A stretch of DNA of 64,000 nt from Acidimicrobiales bacterium (GTDB taxonomy: Bacteria; Actinomycetota; Acidimicrobiia; Acidimicrobiales; RAAP-2). Below the pieces are notes generated by a model. That model had not been told where the DNA came from. It worked only from the letters and a program-made list of their open reading frames with translations, and did not search any database. The stretch covers positions 8,324-72,323 of the forward strand of contig DATNIB010000049.1 of NCBI GenBank assembly GCA_035604685.1. The letters run 5' to 3'. Below are positions 50,909-59,409 of this stretch, piece after piece (the first letter of the stretch is position 1; each line of letters begins with the position of its first letter). Position numbers and translations under genes: made by a program.

Positions 50909-51909
50909 CAGAAACCGAGCTCGTCGGAGAGGGCGCTCGCCACCTGCCGGGTCGTGCGCAGGCCCGGGAAGCGGGTGAACAGATAGGGCAACAGCAGCAG
51001 CGGAACGGCTGGGTCGAGGCCGCTCCGCAGCGCGTCGAGGTAGACGGCCTTGGCCCGCCGGAGGCTCACAGCGAGACGCGCTCCCTCGAGGATCGGCCTC
51101 GCGTCCCCACCGGCGGCGGCCGACAACTGGGCCGTGAGCTCGGGCTCGCAGAGCCGGTCGAAGACCGCCTCCTCCCGGCGTCCGAAGAGCTCGGGCAAGA
51201 CGCGATTGACGATGACGGCGGAGAGGGTGACCGACGTTTCGCTGGCCAGGCGACCGGTCAGCTCGAGGGTCTCGGCGACCGGCATCTCCTCGGGCGTGGT
51301 CACGGCGACCACCCCCGTGCGCTGGGGATCACTCAGGATGTCGAGGATCCAGTCCGTCTGCGACCGGATGAGCCCGACCTTCACCAGGTCGTTGATGGCC
51401 TGCGGCGCGGCCAGGAGGCTGACCACGTGTCCGGTCGCCGGGGCGTCGACCACGACCAGGTCGTAGTGGCCCTCGCGCACCTCGAAGCAGAACTTGCCGG
51501 TGGTCAAGATCTCGCGCACACCCGGCGCGGCCGTGGCGACGAAGTCGAACGCCTTGGCCAACGGGCCGATCCGCCCGACCAGGGGGACCCGCAGGCTGAG
51601 TTTCAGGTACTCGCGCAGGGACGCCTCGGTGTCCATGGACATGGCGAACAGCCCGGGCGCCACCTCTCGCGGCGTGAACCCGGTCGGCGCCACCTCGAAG
51701 AGCGCCGACAGGGCGCCGGTCGGGTCGACCTCGCACACGAGGACGCGCTTCGCGCGTTGCGCGGCGAGGAGCGCCAACGCGCCGGCGACGGTGGTCTTGC
51801 CGACCCCCCCCTTGCCGGTGACGAAGACCAGGCGCAGGTCGAGCAGGGCCGGCCCGGCGCGGCGCGGCGCGGCGCCCGATCCCTGCCGCCCCTCGGGGCC
51901 CGCCATCAA
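50908..51909 (-). CDS. ArsA/Get3-like ATPase, first of a pair
   Basis: 333 aa with VTGKGGVGKTTVAGAL and VVDAPATGHVVSLL. Confidence 0.8.
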   Translation of the reverse strand: MMAGPEGRQGSGAAPRRAGPALLDLRLVFVTGKGGVGKTTVAGALALLAAQRAKRVLVCEVDPTGALSALFEVAPTGFTPREVAPGLFAMSMDTEASLREYLKLSLRVPLVGRIGPLAKAFDFVATAAPGVREILTTGKFCFEVREGHYDLVVVDAPATGHVVSLLAAPQAINDLVKVGLIRSQTDWILDILSDPQRTGVVAVTTPEEMPVAETLELTGRLASETSVTLSAVIVNRVLPELFGRREEAVFDRLCEPELTAQLSAAAGGDARPILEGARLAVSLRRAKAVYLDALRSGLDPAVPLLLLPYLFTRFPGLRTTRQVASALSDELGF

Positions 51910-51928
51910 CGTCGGGTGGGTGGGCGCC

Positions 51929-52165
51929 TCAGGGGGCGCCGAAGCCCACGCGGCGCTCGTTCGCCGGTGCCCCCACCTCGACGTAGGCCACCTGGGCCAC
52001 CGGGATCGCCACCCGCCGGCCGCGGCGGTCGGTCAGCCAGAGGACGCCGTCGTGGCGTCCGAGCGCTGCCTCGACGTCCTTCAGGATCGCTTCGTGGTCG
52101 GCCTCCTCGGCCAGCTCGATCTCGAGCTCCTTGGCCGTGTGAATGATCCCGATTCGTACCTCCAC
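51929..52165 (-). CDS. DUF3107 family small protein
   Basis: VEVRIGIIHTAKELEIELAEEADHEAILKDVEAALGRHDGVLWLTDRRGRRVAIPVAQVAYVEVG (78 aa). GTG 52165 is preceded by a GGAGAGGAG RBS. The remainder of the tracked 334-aa ORF was discarded. Confidence 0.65.
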   Translation of the reverse strand: MEVRIGIIHTAKELEIELAEEADHEAILKDVEAALGRHDGVLWLTDRRGRRVAIPVAQVAYVEVGAPANERRVGFGAP

Positions 52166-52258
52166 CTGGGGTGGCTCCTCTCCAAGACCGCGGGTGGCGA
52201 CCACCTCGTGTGCGGCCGGTTCGACCCGAACGATACTGCCCTCGGGCACACTGGGGGC

Positions 52259-53476
52259 ATGGCCCGAACCGCCGCCACCCCACCGACCGACCGAGGCCGC
52301 CGCTGGGCCTCGACCATGGCCGGGTTCCCCGAGCCGGCGCCGGCCGGGTACCCGCCGGCGGACGAGGCCCGAGCCTCGGGGCTTCGCCTGGCCCACGCCG
52401 ACTCGAGTGCGATCGTCGGTCCCGCCCCGGAGCCCGACAGCGCACCGCCGCCCCACCTGCCGGTCGGACTGGATCGGCAGGGACGCGAGACGGCCCAGGA
52501 TGTGGCCTTGGCGTCGGGGGCGACCCGGGCGCGCGGGGCGGGCGACCGAGCCCGGCCCGAGGAGCCGGACCCCTGGCGGACCTGCTTCGAGCGGGACCGG
52601 GACCGGGTCCTGCACGCGGCGGCGTTCCGCCGGCTGGCCGGCAAGACCCAGGTCTTCGTCTTCCCCGAGGACCACCTCCGCACGCGCCTCACCCATGCCC
52701 TGGAGGTGGCCCAGGTGGCGACCAGCGTGGCCCGCGCCTGCCGGCTCAACGTGGAGCTGACCGAGGCCATCGCACTCGGCCACGACTGCGGGCACGGACC
52801 GGGCGGCCACGCCAGCGAGGACGCACTCGACCCCTACCTCCCCGGCGGGTTCGACCATGCGCCATGGGGGGCCGAGGTGTCGCTGGCCTCGCTCAACCTC
52901 TGCCGCGCCACCCTGGACGGCATCGCCAACCACAGCTGGTCACGCCCCGCCCCCCGCACCCCCGAGGGCGAGGTCGTGAGTTGGGCCGACCGCATCGCCT
53001 ACGTCTGCCATGACTGGGAGGACGCCGTCCGGACGGGCATCGTCGCCCCCGGGCTGCTCCCCCCGGCCGTGCGATCCCGTTGCGGCGAACGCCGGGGCGC
53101 GCAGCTGGGCGCGTTCATCGACGCGCTGACCTCTACGACCCTGCGGTCCGGACGGGTCGCCATGGACGAGGAGATGGCCACCGTCCTCGGCGATTTCCGG
53201 GCCTGCAACTACGAACACATCTACCTGCGGGAAGCCTCGGTGGCGCAGGCGAACGCCGTGGTGGCGGTGCTGCGCGCGCTGGTCGAGCACTACTGCGACC
53301 GTCCCAACGCGATCCCCGCCGTGCGCGAAGCCGGGGGGTTGAGCGCCGGGGAGCCGGCCGCGGTGCACGCCGCCGTCGCCTACGTCGCCGGCATGACGGA
53401 CCGCTTCGCCTGCCGCCAGGCCGTCGCCCTGCTCGGTTGGGACCCCGACAAGCTGCCCCAGGGGATCGACGCCTGA
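52259..53476 (+). CDS. dGTP triphosphohydrolase-like HD-domain protein
   Basis: FERDRDRVLHAAAFRRLAGKTQVF, HLRTRLTHALEVAQV, GHDCGHGPGGH and WADRIAYVCHDWEDA are present. The start is ATG 52259 or ATG 52316. Confidence 0.8.
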   Translation: MARTAATPPTDRGRRWASTMAGFPEPAPAGYPPADEARASGLRLAHADSSAIVGPAPEPDSAPPPHLPVGLDRQGRETAQDVALASGATRARGAGDRARPEEPDPWRTCFERDRDRVLHAAAFRRLAGKTQVFVFPEDHLRTRLTHALEVAQVATSVARACRLNVELTEAIALGHDCGHGPGGHASEDALDPYLPGGFDHAPWGAEVSLASLNLCRATLDGIANHSWSRPAPRTPEGEVVSWADRIAYVCHDWEDAVRTGIVAPGLLPPAVRSRCGERRGAQLGAFIDALTSTTLRSGRVAMDEEMATVLGDFRACNYEHIYLREASVAQANAVVAVLRALVEHYCDRPNAIPAVREAGGLSAGEPAAVHAAVAYVAGMTDRFACRQAVALLGWDPDKLPQGIDA

Positions 53477-53507
53477 CGGCACGTCGCCGGGCGCCCGGCT
53501 CGGATCG

Positions 53508-54365
53508 CTACCAGTTGGCGATGATCGACTGCTCCATGGTGGCGGGCGGCTCGATCCCGCCATCGGTCATCCAGGCCAGCCGGTCCCGCATACCGGCTTC
53601 CGCCGCGTCCGGATGGGTGAGGATGTAGAAGCGCTCGCTCACGATGGCGTCGTGGACCGCGTCGGCGACCTGGTCGGGCAGGATGCCGAAGGCGAGCGGG
53701 TTCCCGGTGATCGGTGGCTCCACCATGCCGTGCGCCGCCCGGGCGGCACCGACCGTGGCGGGCATGTTGCGGTGGGACTCGAAGATGCGGGTCTGCACGA
53801 AGCCGGGGCACAAGACCGACACCCGGACGGCCGAGCCCGACGCGACGAGCTCGCTCTGGATGGACTCGCTCAGGCCGACGACCGCGAACTTGCTGGTGCA
53901 GTACGAGCCGAGCGCGCCGACGCCCCGGATCCCGGCGACCGACCCCGTGTTCACCACGTGGCCCTCGTTCTGCTCGCGCAGCAGCGGCACGAACACGTGG
54001 CAGCCGTGCACCACGCCCCAGAGGTTGACCCCGATCAACCAGCGCCACTCCTCGATCGTGATGTCGATGGCCGAGCCGGCCGCCACCCCGGCGTTGTTGC
54101 ACACGATGTGTACGGCGCCGAATTCGCTGAGCGCCTTCTCCGCCAACTCCTTCACCGAGTCGATCTCGGAAACGTCGGTCGGCACGCCGATCACCTGGGC
54201 CCCACCGTCGGTGAGCGTGGCGGTGGTGGCGGCCAGCACCGGCTCCTCGATGTCGGCCAGCACAAGCCGGACCCCCTCGGCGGCCAACCGCTCGGCGACC
54301 GCCCGGCCGATGCCGGCCGCCCCGCCGGTGATGACTGCGACCTTGTCGCGGAGTTCCTTCACCAC
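53508..54365 (-). CDS. SDR family oxidoreductase
   Basis: KVAVITGGAAGIGRA, NNAGV, and YCTSKFA (YxxxK). Confidence 0.8.
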   Translation of the reverse strand: MVKELRDKVAVITGGAAGIGRAVAERLAAEGVRLVLADIEEPVLAATTATLTDGGAQVIGVPTDVSEIDSVKELAEKALSEFGAVHIVCNNAGVAAGSAIDITIEEWRWLIGVNLWGVVHGCHVFVPLLREQNEGHVVNTGSVAGIRGVGALGSYCTSKFAVVGLSESIQSELVASGSAVRVSVLCPGFVQTRIFESHRNMPATVGAARAAHGMVEPPITGNPLAFGILPDQVADAVHDAIVSERFYILTHPDAAEAGMRDRLAWMTDGGIEPPATMEQSIIANW

Positions 54366-54375
54366 CCACGCTCCC

Positions 54376-55536
54376 TCATCGAAGGGTGAGCTCTTGACGG
54401 TAGACGCGGGCCGGTCCGAGCGCCACGAGGCGCTCGGCGAGGGCGATGAAGGCCCGCGCCGCCTCCCCGTCGACGTCGGTCACGACGATCGGTTGCCCCG
54501 AGTCGCCCCCCTCGCGCAGCGCGGGGACGAGCGGCACCCGGCCGAGCAGCGGCACCCCGAGCTCGCCGGCCAACGTCTCGCCGCCGCCGCGCCCGAAGAG
54601 CTCGTAGCGCTGACCGTCGTCCCCGGTGAACCAGCTCATGTTCTCGATGACGCCGCGCACCGACAGCTTCAGCTTGCGGGCGGCGAAGGCGGACCGCTGG
54701 GCGACCGTGTGGGCCGCCGCCTGCGGCGTCGTCACGACCACGATCTCGGCGCGGGGCATGACCTGGGCCAGAGACAGGGTCACGTCGCCGGTGCCCGGCG
54801 GCATGTCGACGAGGAGGAAGTCCGGCTCGCCCCAGTAGGCGTCCCCCAGGAACTGCTCGATCGCCTTGTGCAGCATCGGGCCCCGCCAGATGACGGGTTG
54901 ATCCTCGGGGACGAAGAACCCCATGGAGAGGCAGCGCACGCCGTGGGCCCGGGTCGGCACGACCGTGTCGCCGATGATCACGGGGTCCTCCTCGCACCCG
55001 AGCATCCGGGGGATGGAGAACCCGTAGACGTCGGCGTCCAAGATGGCGACCCGGTGCCCCGAACGCGCCAGTGCGAGGGCCAGGTTGACCGTGACCGACG
55101 ACTTGCCCACCCCTCCCTTGCCCGACGAGATGCCCACCACCCGGGTGCTCGAGCCGGCCTGCAAGAAGCGCGGCACCGGCGCCTCGGCGTGGGAGTGCCC
55201 GTGTCCGTCCGCGGCCTCCGACGCCGGGGCCGCCGGCTGGCCGCCCATCTCGGCGCGGAGGCGGTGCCGGAGCGCGAGCCGCTCGTCGTCGGTCATGACC
55301 GACACCTCCACCGCGATCTCTTCCGCTCCCGGGGCGACGGCCAGCACCGCGCGCACGCGGGCCACCAGCTCCTCCAGGCCGGGCCAGTCGGCCAGCGGCA
55401 CGGCCAGCTCGACCGTGGCCCGGCGGCGGCGCGCGTCGACCCCGCGCACCATCCCGAGCTCGCCCAGCGGCAGGTCGAGCTCGGGATCGATGACCTGGGC
55501 GGCCAGCTGCTCCAGCCCCGATCGGTCCGGTGCCAT
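54376..55536 (-). CDS. Mrp/NBP35 (ApbC) Fe-S cluster carrier ATPase with an N-terminal DUF59 domain
   Basis: The DUF59-like region is VIDPELDLPLGELGMVRGV. The P-loop is SSGKGGVGKSSVTVNLA. The CxxC-type region is replaced by MSWFTGDDG context. Confidence 0.9.
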   Translation of the reverse strand: MAPDRSGLEQLAAQVIDPELDLPLGELGMVRGVDARRRRATVELAVPLADWPGLEELVARVRAVLAVAPGAEEIAVEVSVMTDDERLALRHRLRAEMGGQPAAPASEAADGHGHSHAEAPVPRFLQAGSSTRVVGISSGKGGVGKSSVTVNLALALARSGHRVAILDADVYGFSIPRMLGCEEDPVIIGDTVVPTRAHGVRCLSMGFFVPEDQPVIWRGPMLHKAIEQFLGDAYWGEPDFLLVDMPPGTGDVTLSLAQVMPRAEIVVVTTPQAAAHTVAQRSAFAARKLKLSVRGVIENMSWFTGDDGQRYELFGRGGGETLAGELGVPLLGRVPLVPALREGGDSGQPIVVTDVDGEAARAFIALAERLVALGPARVYRQELTLR

Positions 55537-55631
55537 GTGCCTGCGTTGCCTTTCTGGCCAGGGCGCCGGCGCCTCTCGGGCGAGCGGGCGACCTCGGTCC
55601 CTGGCGGGACCCCCCGGGTAGACTACCGATC

Positions 55632-56384
55632 GTGCGTTCGGGTCCCATTCCCGCGACCCACGACGTCGATGCCGCCGCCGGGGCCGGGGACGACGGTCGG
55701 TTCACCGCGGTGGTAGAGGCGGTCACGCGGGCCTTCGGCGACCCCACCCGTCGCGACATCTTCCTGCACATCCGCGCGCACCCCGAGTCGAGCGCAGCCG
55801 ACGTGGCGGCGGCCTTCTCGCTCCACCCCAACGTCGCCCGCCACCACCTGGCGCGGCTCGTCGACGGCGGGTACCTGCAGGTCGTCCTCGGCCCGCGCCG
55901 GGGCGCCGGGCGGCCGTCCCAGCGCTACTCCCCGGTCGACCTCGACCCGGTCCTCGACCTGCTCGGCCGGCGCGACGACCTGCTCGTCCTGCTCCTGCGC
56001 CGGGCCCTCGAGCTGCTCGGCCCCGAGGAGGCCGAGCGAATGGGAGCCCAGGTGGGCGAGGAGTACGGGCGGGCGCTGGCGGCGCGCATGTCCCCAGACG
56101 AGGGGCAGCGCTCGGTCCGCGCGGCGATGCACGCCATTGCCGCCACGCTGACCGCGCACGGCTTCGCCGCGCACGCAGAGGACCACGGCGCCACCACGGC
56201 GGTCGTGGCCGAGCAGTGCCCCTTCGGCGACGGCGCCACCACGCCGCCCGTCTTGTGCGCGGTCGACCGGGGCATGGTGCACGGCCTGCTGGCCGGGCTA
56301 TGCGGCGAGACGACCGAACGCGCCAGGCCGGTCGTGCTCTCCTCGCGCGCGCGCGGTGACGACACCTGCGCGGCGCTGGCCTGA
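55632..56384 (+). CDS. ArsR-type winged-helix regulator with a Cys-rich C-terminal domain
   Basis: The wHTH region is FGDPTRRDIFLHIRAHPESSAADVAAAFSLHPNVARHHLARLVDGGYL. The C-terminus reads C-x12-C-x14-C-x21-C (CPFGDGATTPPVLCAVDRGMVHGLLAGLCGE...DDTC). The start is GTG 55632. Confidence 0.65.
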   Translation: MRSGPIPATHDVDAAAGAGDDGRFTAVVEAVTRAFGDPTRRDIFLHIRAHPESSAADVAAAFSLHPNVARHHLARLVDGGYLQVVLGPRRGAGRPSQRYSPVDLDPVLDLLGRRDDLLVLLLRRALELLGPEEAERMGAQVGEEYGRALAARMSPDEGQRSVRAAMHAIAATLTAHGFAAHAEDHGATTAVVAEQCPFGDGATTPPVLCAVDRGMVHGLLAGLCGETTERARPVVLSSRARGDDTCAALA

Positions 56385-56393
56385 CGCCACCCG

Positions 56394-57542
56394 GTGGCCC
56401 GCCACTACCTCGACAACGCCTCCACCGTCCCGCTCCGCCCAGAGGCCGTCATCGCGCTGCGCGACTGGCTGGAGGTCGGTGCAGCCGACCCCGGCCGGCT
56501 GCACCAGGAGGGCCGTGTCGTGCGGATCGGCATCGAGACGGCCCGCGAGCAGGTGGCCGACCTGCTGGGCGCGCAGCCACGCCAGGTGGTGTTCACCGCC
56601 AGCGGCACCGAGGCGATCAATGCCGCCGTGTGGGGCGCCACCCGGGCGCGGCCGGGCGCCGTCGTGCTCTGTGCGGCGGTGGAGCACTCCGCCGTGCGCG
56701 ACGCGTCGGCGCGGGCGGCGCCGAACGAGACACTGCCGGTCGACGGCCGCGGTCGCATCGAGCTCGACGGGCTGGACGCGGCCCTGGCGCGCCACGCGTC
56801 GTCGCGGCCGGCCCTGGTGCATTGCCAGTGGGCCAACCATGAGGTGGGGACGGTCCAGCCGGTGCGCGAGGTGGTGGTGCGTTGCCGGGAGGCGGGCGTA
56901 CCCGTGCACGTCGACGCCGCCAGCGCGTGCGGCCACCTCCCGACGGACCTCGAGGAGCTGGGCGCCGACCTCGTGTCGGTGAGCGCGCACAAGCTGGGTG
57001 GCCCGGCCGGCGTGGGCGCACTCTGGATCCGCCCGGGACTGCGCATCGAGCCGCTCCTGGTGGGCGGCCAGCAGGAGCGGGCGCGGCGGGCGGGGTTCGA
57101 GAACGCCGCCGCCATCGTCTCCTTCGGGGCGGCGGCGGCGGCCCTGTCCGCCGACCACGGCGCCCGGCTGGCGGCCGAGGCTCTGGCCGACCGGCGGCTG
57201 GTCGGCGACCTGCTGGCCGCCGCCACCGCCGTCGACGGCGTGGCCTTGGTCGGAGACCCCGACCCCGATGGCCGGGTGCCCCACATCGTGTGCCTCGGGG
57301 TGGCCGGCGTCGAGGCGGAGCCGGTGGTCATCGGCCTCGACAAGGCGGGCATCGCCGTGCACTCGGGATCGGCCTGCTCGTCCGAGTCGCTCGAGCCGTC
57401 CCCGGTGCTGGTGGCGATGGGCGTCGACGCCAGCCGCTCGCTCCGCCTGTCGGTCGGGTGGGCCAACACCGACGCCGACGTGGCGGCCTTCGGGCGCGCC
57501 TTCCAAGAGGTGGTGGAGGGGCTGCGGTCGCTGCGGGCCTGA
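56394..57542 (+). CDS. cysteine desulfurase (NifS/IscS class V aminotransferase)
   Basis: YLDNAST, FTASGTEAIN, SAHKLGGPAGVGAL (PLP Lys), and SGSACSS (catalytic Cys loop). Confidence 0.85.
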   Translation: MARHYLDNASTVPLRPEAVIALRDWLEVGAADPGRLHQEGRVVRIGIETAREQVADLLGAQPRQVVFTASGTEAINAAVWGATRARPGAVVLCAAVEHSAVRDASARAAPNETLPVDGRGRIELDGLDAALARHASSRPALVHCQWANHEVGTVQPVREVVVRCREAGVPVHVDAASACGHLPTDLEELGADLVSVSAHKLGGPAGVGALWIRPGLRIEPLLVGGQQERARRAGFENAAAIVSFGAAAAALSADHGARLAAEALADRRLVGDLLAAATAVDGVALVGDPDPDGRVPHIVCLGVAGVEAEPVVIGLDKAGIAVHSGSACSSESLEPSPVLVAMGVDASRSLRLSVGWANTDADVAAFGRAFQEVVEGLRSLRA

Positions 57543-57543
57543 A

Positions 57544-58395
57544 CTAGCCGGCGGTCGCCGGGACCTGCACCGGCACCGGCAGACCGGCCGCGCCGTAGGC
57601 GGCGCGGATGAACACCGCCCCTCGTTCGATCCACTTGGCCGGCGGGTGCTCCGCCAGGAAGGCCCGGTACTGCGCGATGGCGTCCGCCGGGTCGTGGTTC
57701 CCCTCGAAGTCGATCGTGCCGAGATAGAGGTGGGCGGCGTAGTCGTCGGGCGCCACCACGAGCGACTGCTTGACGAGCGTCGTGCCCTCCACCCGCAGCG
57801 ACCGATCGCCGGTGGTCATGCCGTCCTGCCACTCGAGCCAGCCCGACTCGCGCAGCGCCAGGGCCTGGCGCGGGTCCTCTGCGAGCACACGGGAGTAGAT
57901 GACCAGCGCCTCCGCGATGGCCGAGGCCGACCCCTGGCCCTCGAGCGCCGTCGCCTGCGCCAGCTGCGTCTCGATCTGCTGGTGCTGGTTGACCTTGATG
58001 CTGCCGGTGATGGGCTGCCCCGGTGCCCGCGGCGCGGCCAGGTCGAGGGCGAGGAGCGTCGTGCCCGCGGCGATGGCCACCACGCCGACGACGGCCAGCC
58101 AGCGGCCGCGCCGACGGGGCCTGGCCGCCGCCGCCTCGGTCGGTTCCTCGGCGTCGAGGACCGCGAGGGCGGCCTCGACGGCACCGAGCCGCGTCGCGTC
58201 GCGGCGGCACAGCGCGTCGTAGTCCGCGCGCCCGAGATCGCCCGCCTCGAGCTCGCGTCTGGCATCGTCGAGGGACCGGCGCAGGAACTCGCGCTCGTCT
58301 TCTAGGTGCCAGCGGTCGGCCGAGAGCACGAACGTCACCTCGGCGCCCTCGGTGGGTGACTCGTCGGGCGGCGCCGGGGGCGCGAGCCCGGTCAC
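57544..58395 (-). CDS. membrane-anchored TPR-like protein, probable CcmI/CycH-type accessory factor
   Basis: It has one TM (WLAVVGVVAIAAGTTLLAL) followed by helical repeats. It is the last gene of the ccm operon and its GTG overlaps the ccmH stop. The call rests on position and architecture only. Confidence 0.5.
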   Translation of the reverse strand: MTGLAPPAPPDESPTEGAEVTFVLSADRWHLEDEREFLRRSLDDARRELEAGDLGRADYDALCRRDATRLGAVEAALAVLDAEEPTEAAAARPRRRGRWLAVVGVVAIAAGTTLLALDLAAPRAPGQPITGSIKVNQHQQIETQLAQATALEGQGSASAIAEALVIYSRVLAEDPRQALALRESGWLEWQDGMTTGDRSLRVEGTTLVKQSLVVAPDDYAAHLYLGTIDFEGNHDPADAIAQYRAFLAEHPPAKWIERGAVFIRAAYGAAGLPVPVQVPATAG

Positions 58396-58865
58396 GCCGG
58401 CGCGCCGAGGCGGGCGAACGCGCGCTGGCGGCGCCAGAACAAGACGGCGACCGCGCAGAGCGCGGCCGCGCCGGCCAGCGCCGGGAGCAGCCAGACCAGG
58501 CCCACCAGGCCGCTCGTGCCCGGCCGGAGCAGGATCGTCGGCCCGTAGCGGGCGACGAAGGAACGCTCGATCTGGGCGTCACTGCGACCGGCCGCGACCA
58601 TTGCCCGCACCTGCTGGCGCGCGGCGATGGCGGCCGACGACGACGACTGCGCCACCGAGATGTCCTCGCAGCTCGGGCACCGGATCACCGATTCGATGGC
58701 GGCGACCCGGGTCGCGGCCGACGGCGGCGACGTGCGGAACAGACCACCGCCGATGGCGAGCGCGACCGCCGCCACGACGGCCAGCGACACGGGCCCGACG
58801 AGGCGGCGCCACCGGGGACGGCCCGGGCCGCCCGGAGCCCGCGGAGACTCAGCCATCGCGCGCAC
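58392..58865 (-). CDS. ccmH: cytochrome c-type biogenesis protein CcmH
   Basis: IRCPSCEDISVAQS matches the LRCxxC motif, followed by a C-terminal TM. The start may be ATG 58856. Confidence 0.75.
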   Translation of the reverse strand: MRAMAESPRAPGGPGRPRWRRLVGPVSLAVVAAVALAIGGGLFRTSPPSAATRVAAIESVIRCPSCEDISVAQSSSSAAIAARQQVRAMVAAGRSDAQIERSFVARYGPTILLRPGTSGLVGLVWLLPALAGAAALCAVAVLFWRRQRAFARLGAPA

Positions 58866-59409
58866 CGGCCAGCATCGCCTGCAGCTGGGCGAGGCGAACC
58901 GGACCCGCGTAGGCGGTCACGACCTTCCCGGCCGGGTCGATGAGGAAGGTCATGGGCGGCGAGCCGACGCCGTAGGCGTTGGCGATGGCGCCGCCGTGGT
59001 CGGGCAGGGCGGGCCAGGTGATCCCCCACTGGGCGACGAAGTTGGCCCCCGCCGACGCCGAGTCGTCGACGTCGACGCTGAGCAGGGCCGCCCCGTGGGG
59101 CACCCGGTGCTGCTCGAAGTTGAAGGCGATGAGGGACGGCTCCTCGACCTGGCAGGGCGGGCACCAGCTGGCGAAGAAGTTGACGAACACGTAGCGGCCG
59201 CGCAGCGACGCCAGGGAGACGGGGCTGCCGGAGAACGTCGTGGTCGAGATGGCCGGCGCCGGACCGCCGTCGAGCGGGCTCTGCACGGCGGTGGCCTGCA
59301 CGGTCGGGCGGGTGGCGAGGACGACCGACACCACGACCAGGACGACCAGGAGGCCGCCGGTCACCCAGCGGGCGGTGTGCCGGCGCCTGGTCGGCGCGGT
59401 GGTGCTCAC
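58849..59409 (-). CDS. ccmG: thiol:disulfide oxidoreductase CcmG/DsbE (TlpA-like)
   Basis: An N-terminal TM anchor precedes the thioredoxin motif FFASWCPPCQVEEP. GTG 59409 overlaps the ccmF stop. Confidence 0.8.
   Translation of the reverse strand: MSTTAPTRRRHTARWVTGGLLVVLVVVSVVLATRPTVQATAVQSPLDGGPAPAISTTTFSGSPVSLASLRGRYVFVNFFASWCPPCQVEEPSLIAFNFEQHRVPHGAALLSVDVDDSASAGANFVAQWGITWPALPDHGGAIANAYGVGSPPMTFLIDPAGKVVTAYAGPVRLAQLQAMLAGARDG

Noticed and set aside
55562-55573. A 12-bp palindrome, ggcgccggcgcc, in the Mrp/regulator intergenic region, considered as an operator.
   Set aside because: Pure-GC short palindromes are expected by chance at this base composition. There is no supporting asymmetry or AT contrast, unlike the TetR site.
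57540-57546. Convergent nifS and ccmI stops are separated by 1 nt. Similarly, the thiolase and tsaC stops overlap at 2328-2331.
   Set aside because: This reflects genome compaction and leaves no room for terminators, but it is not in itself evidence of a special mechanism.
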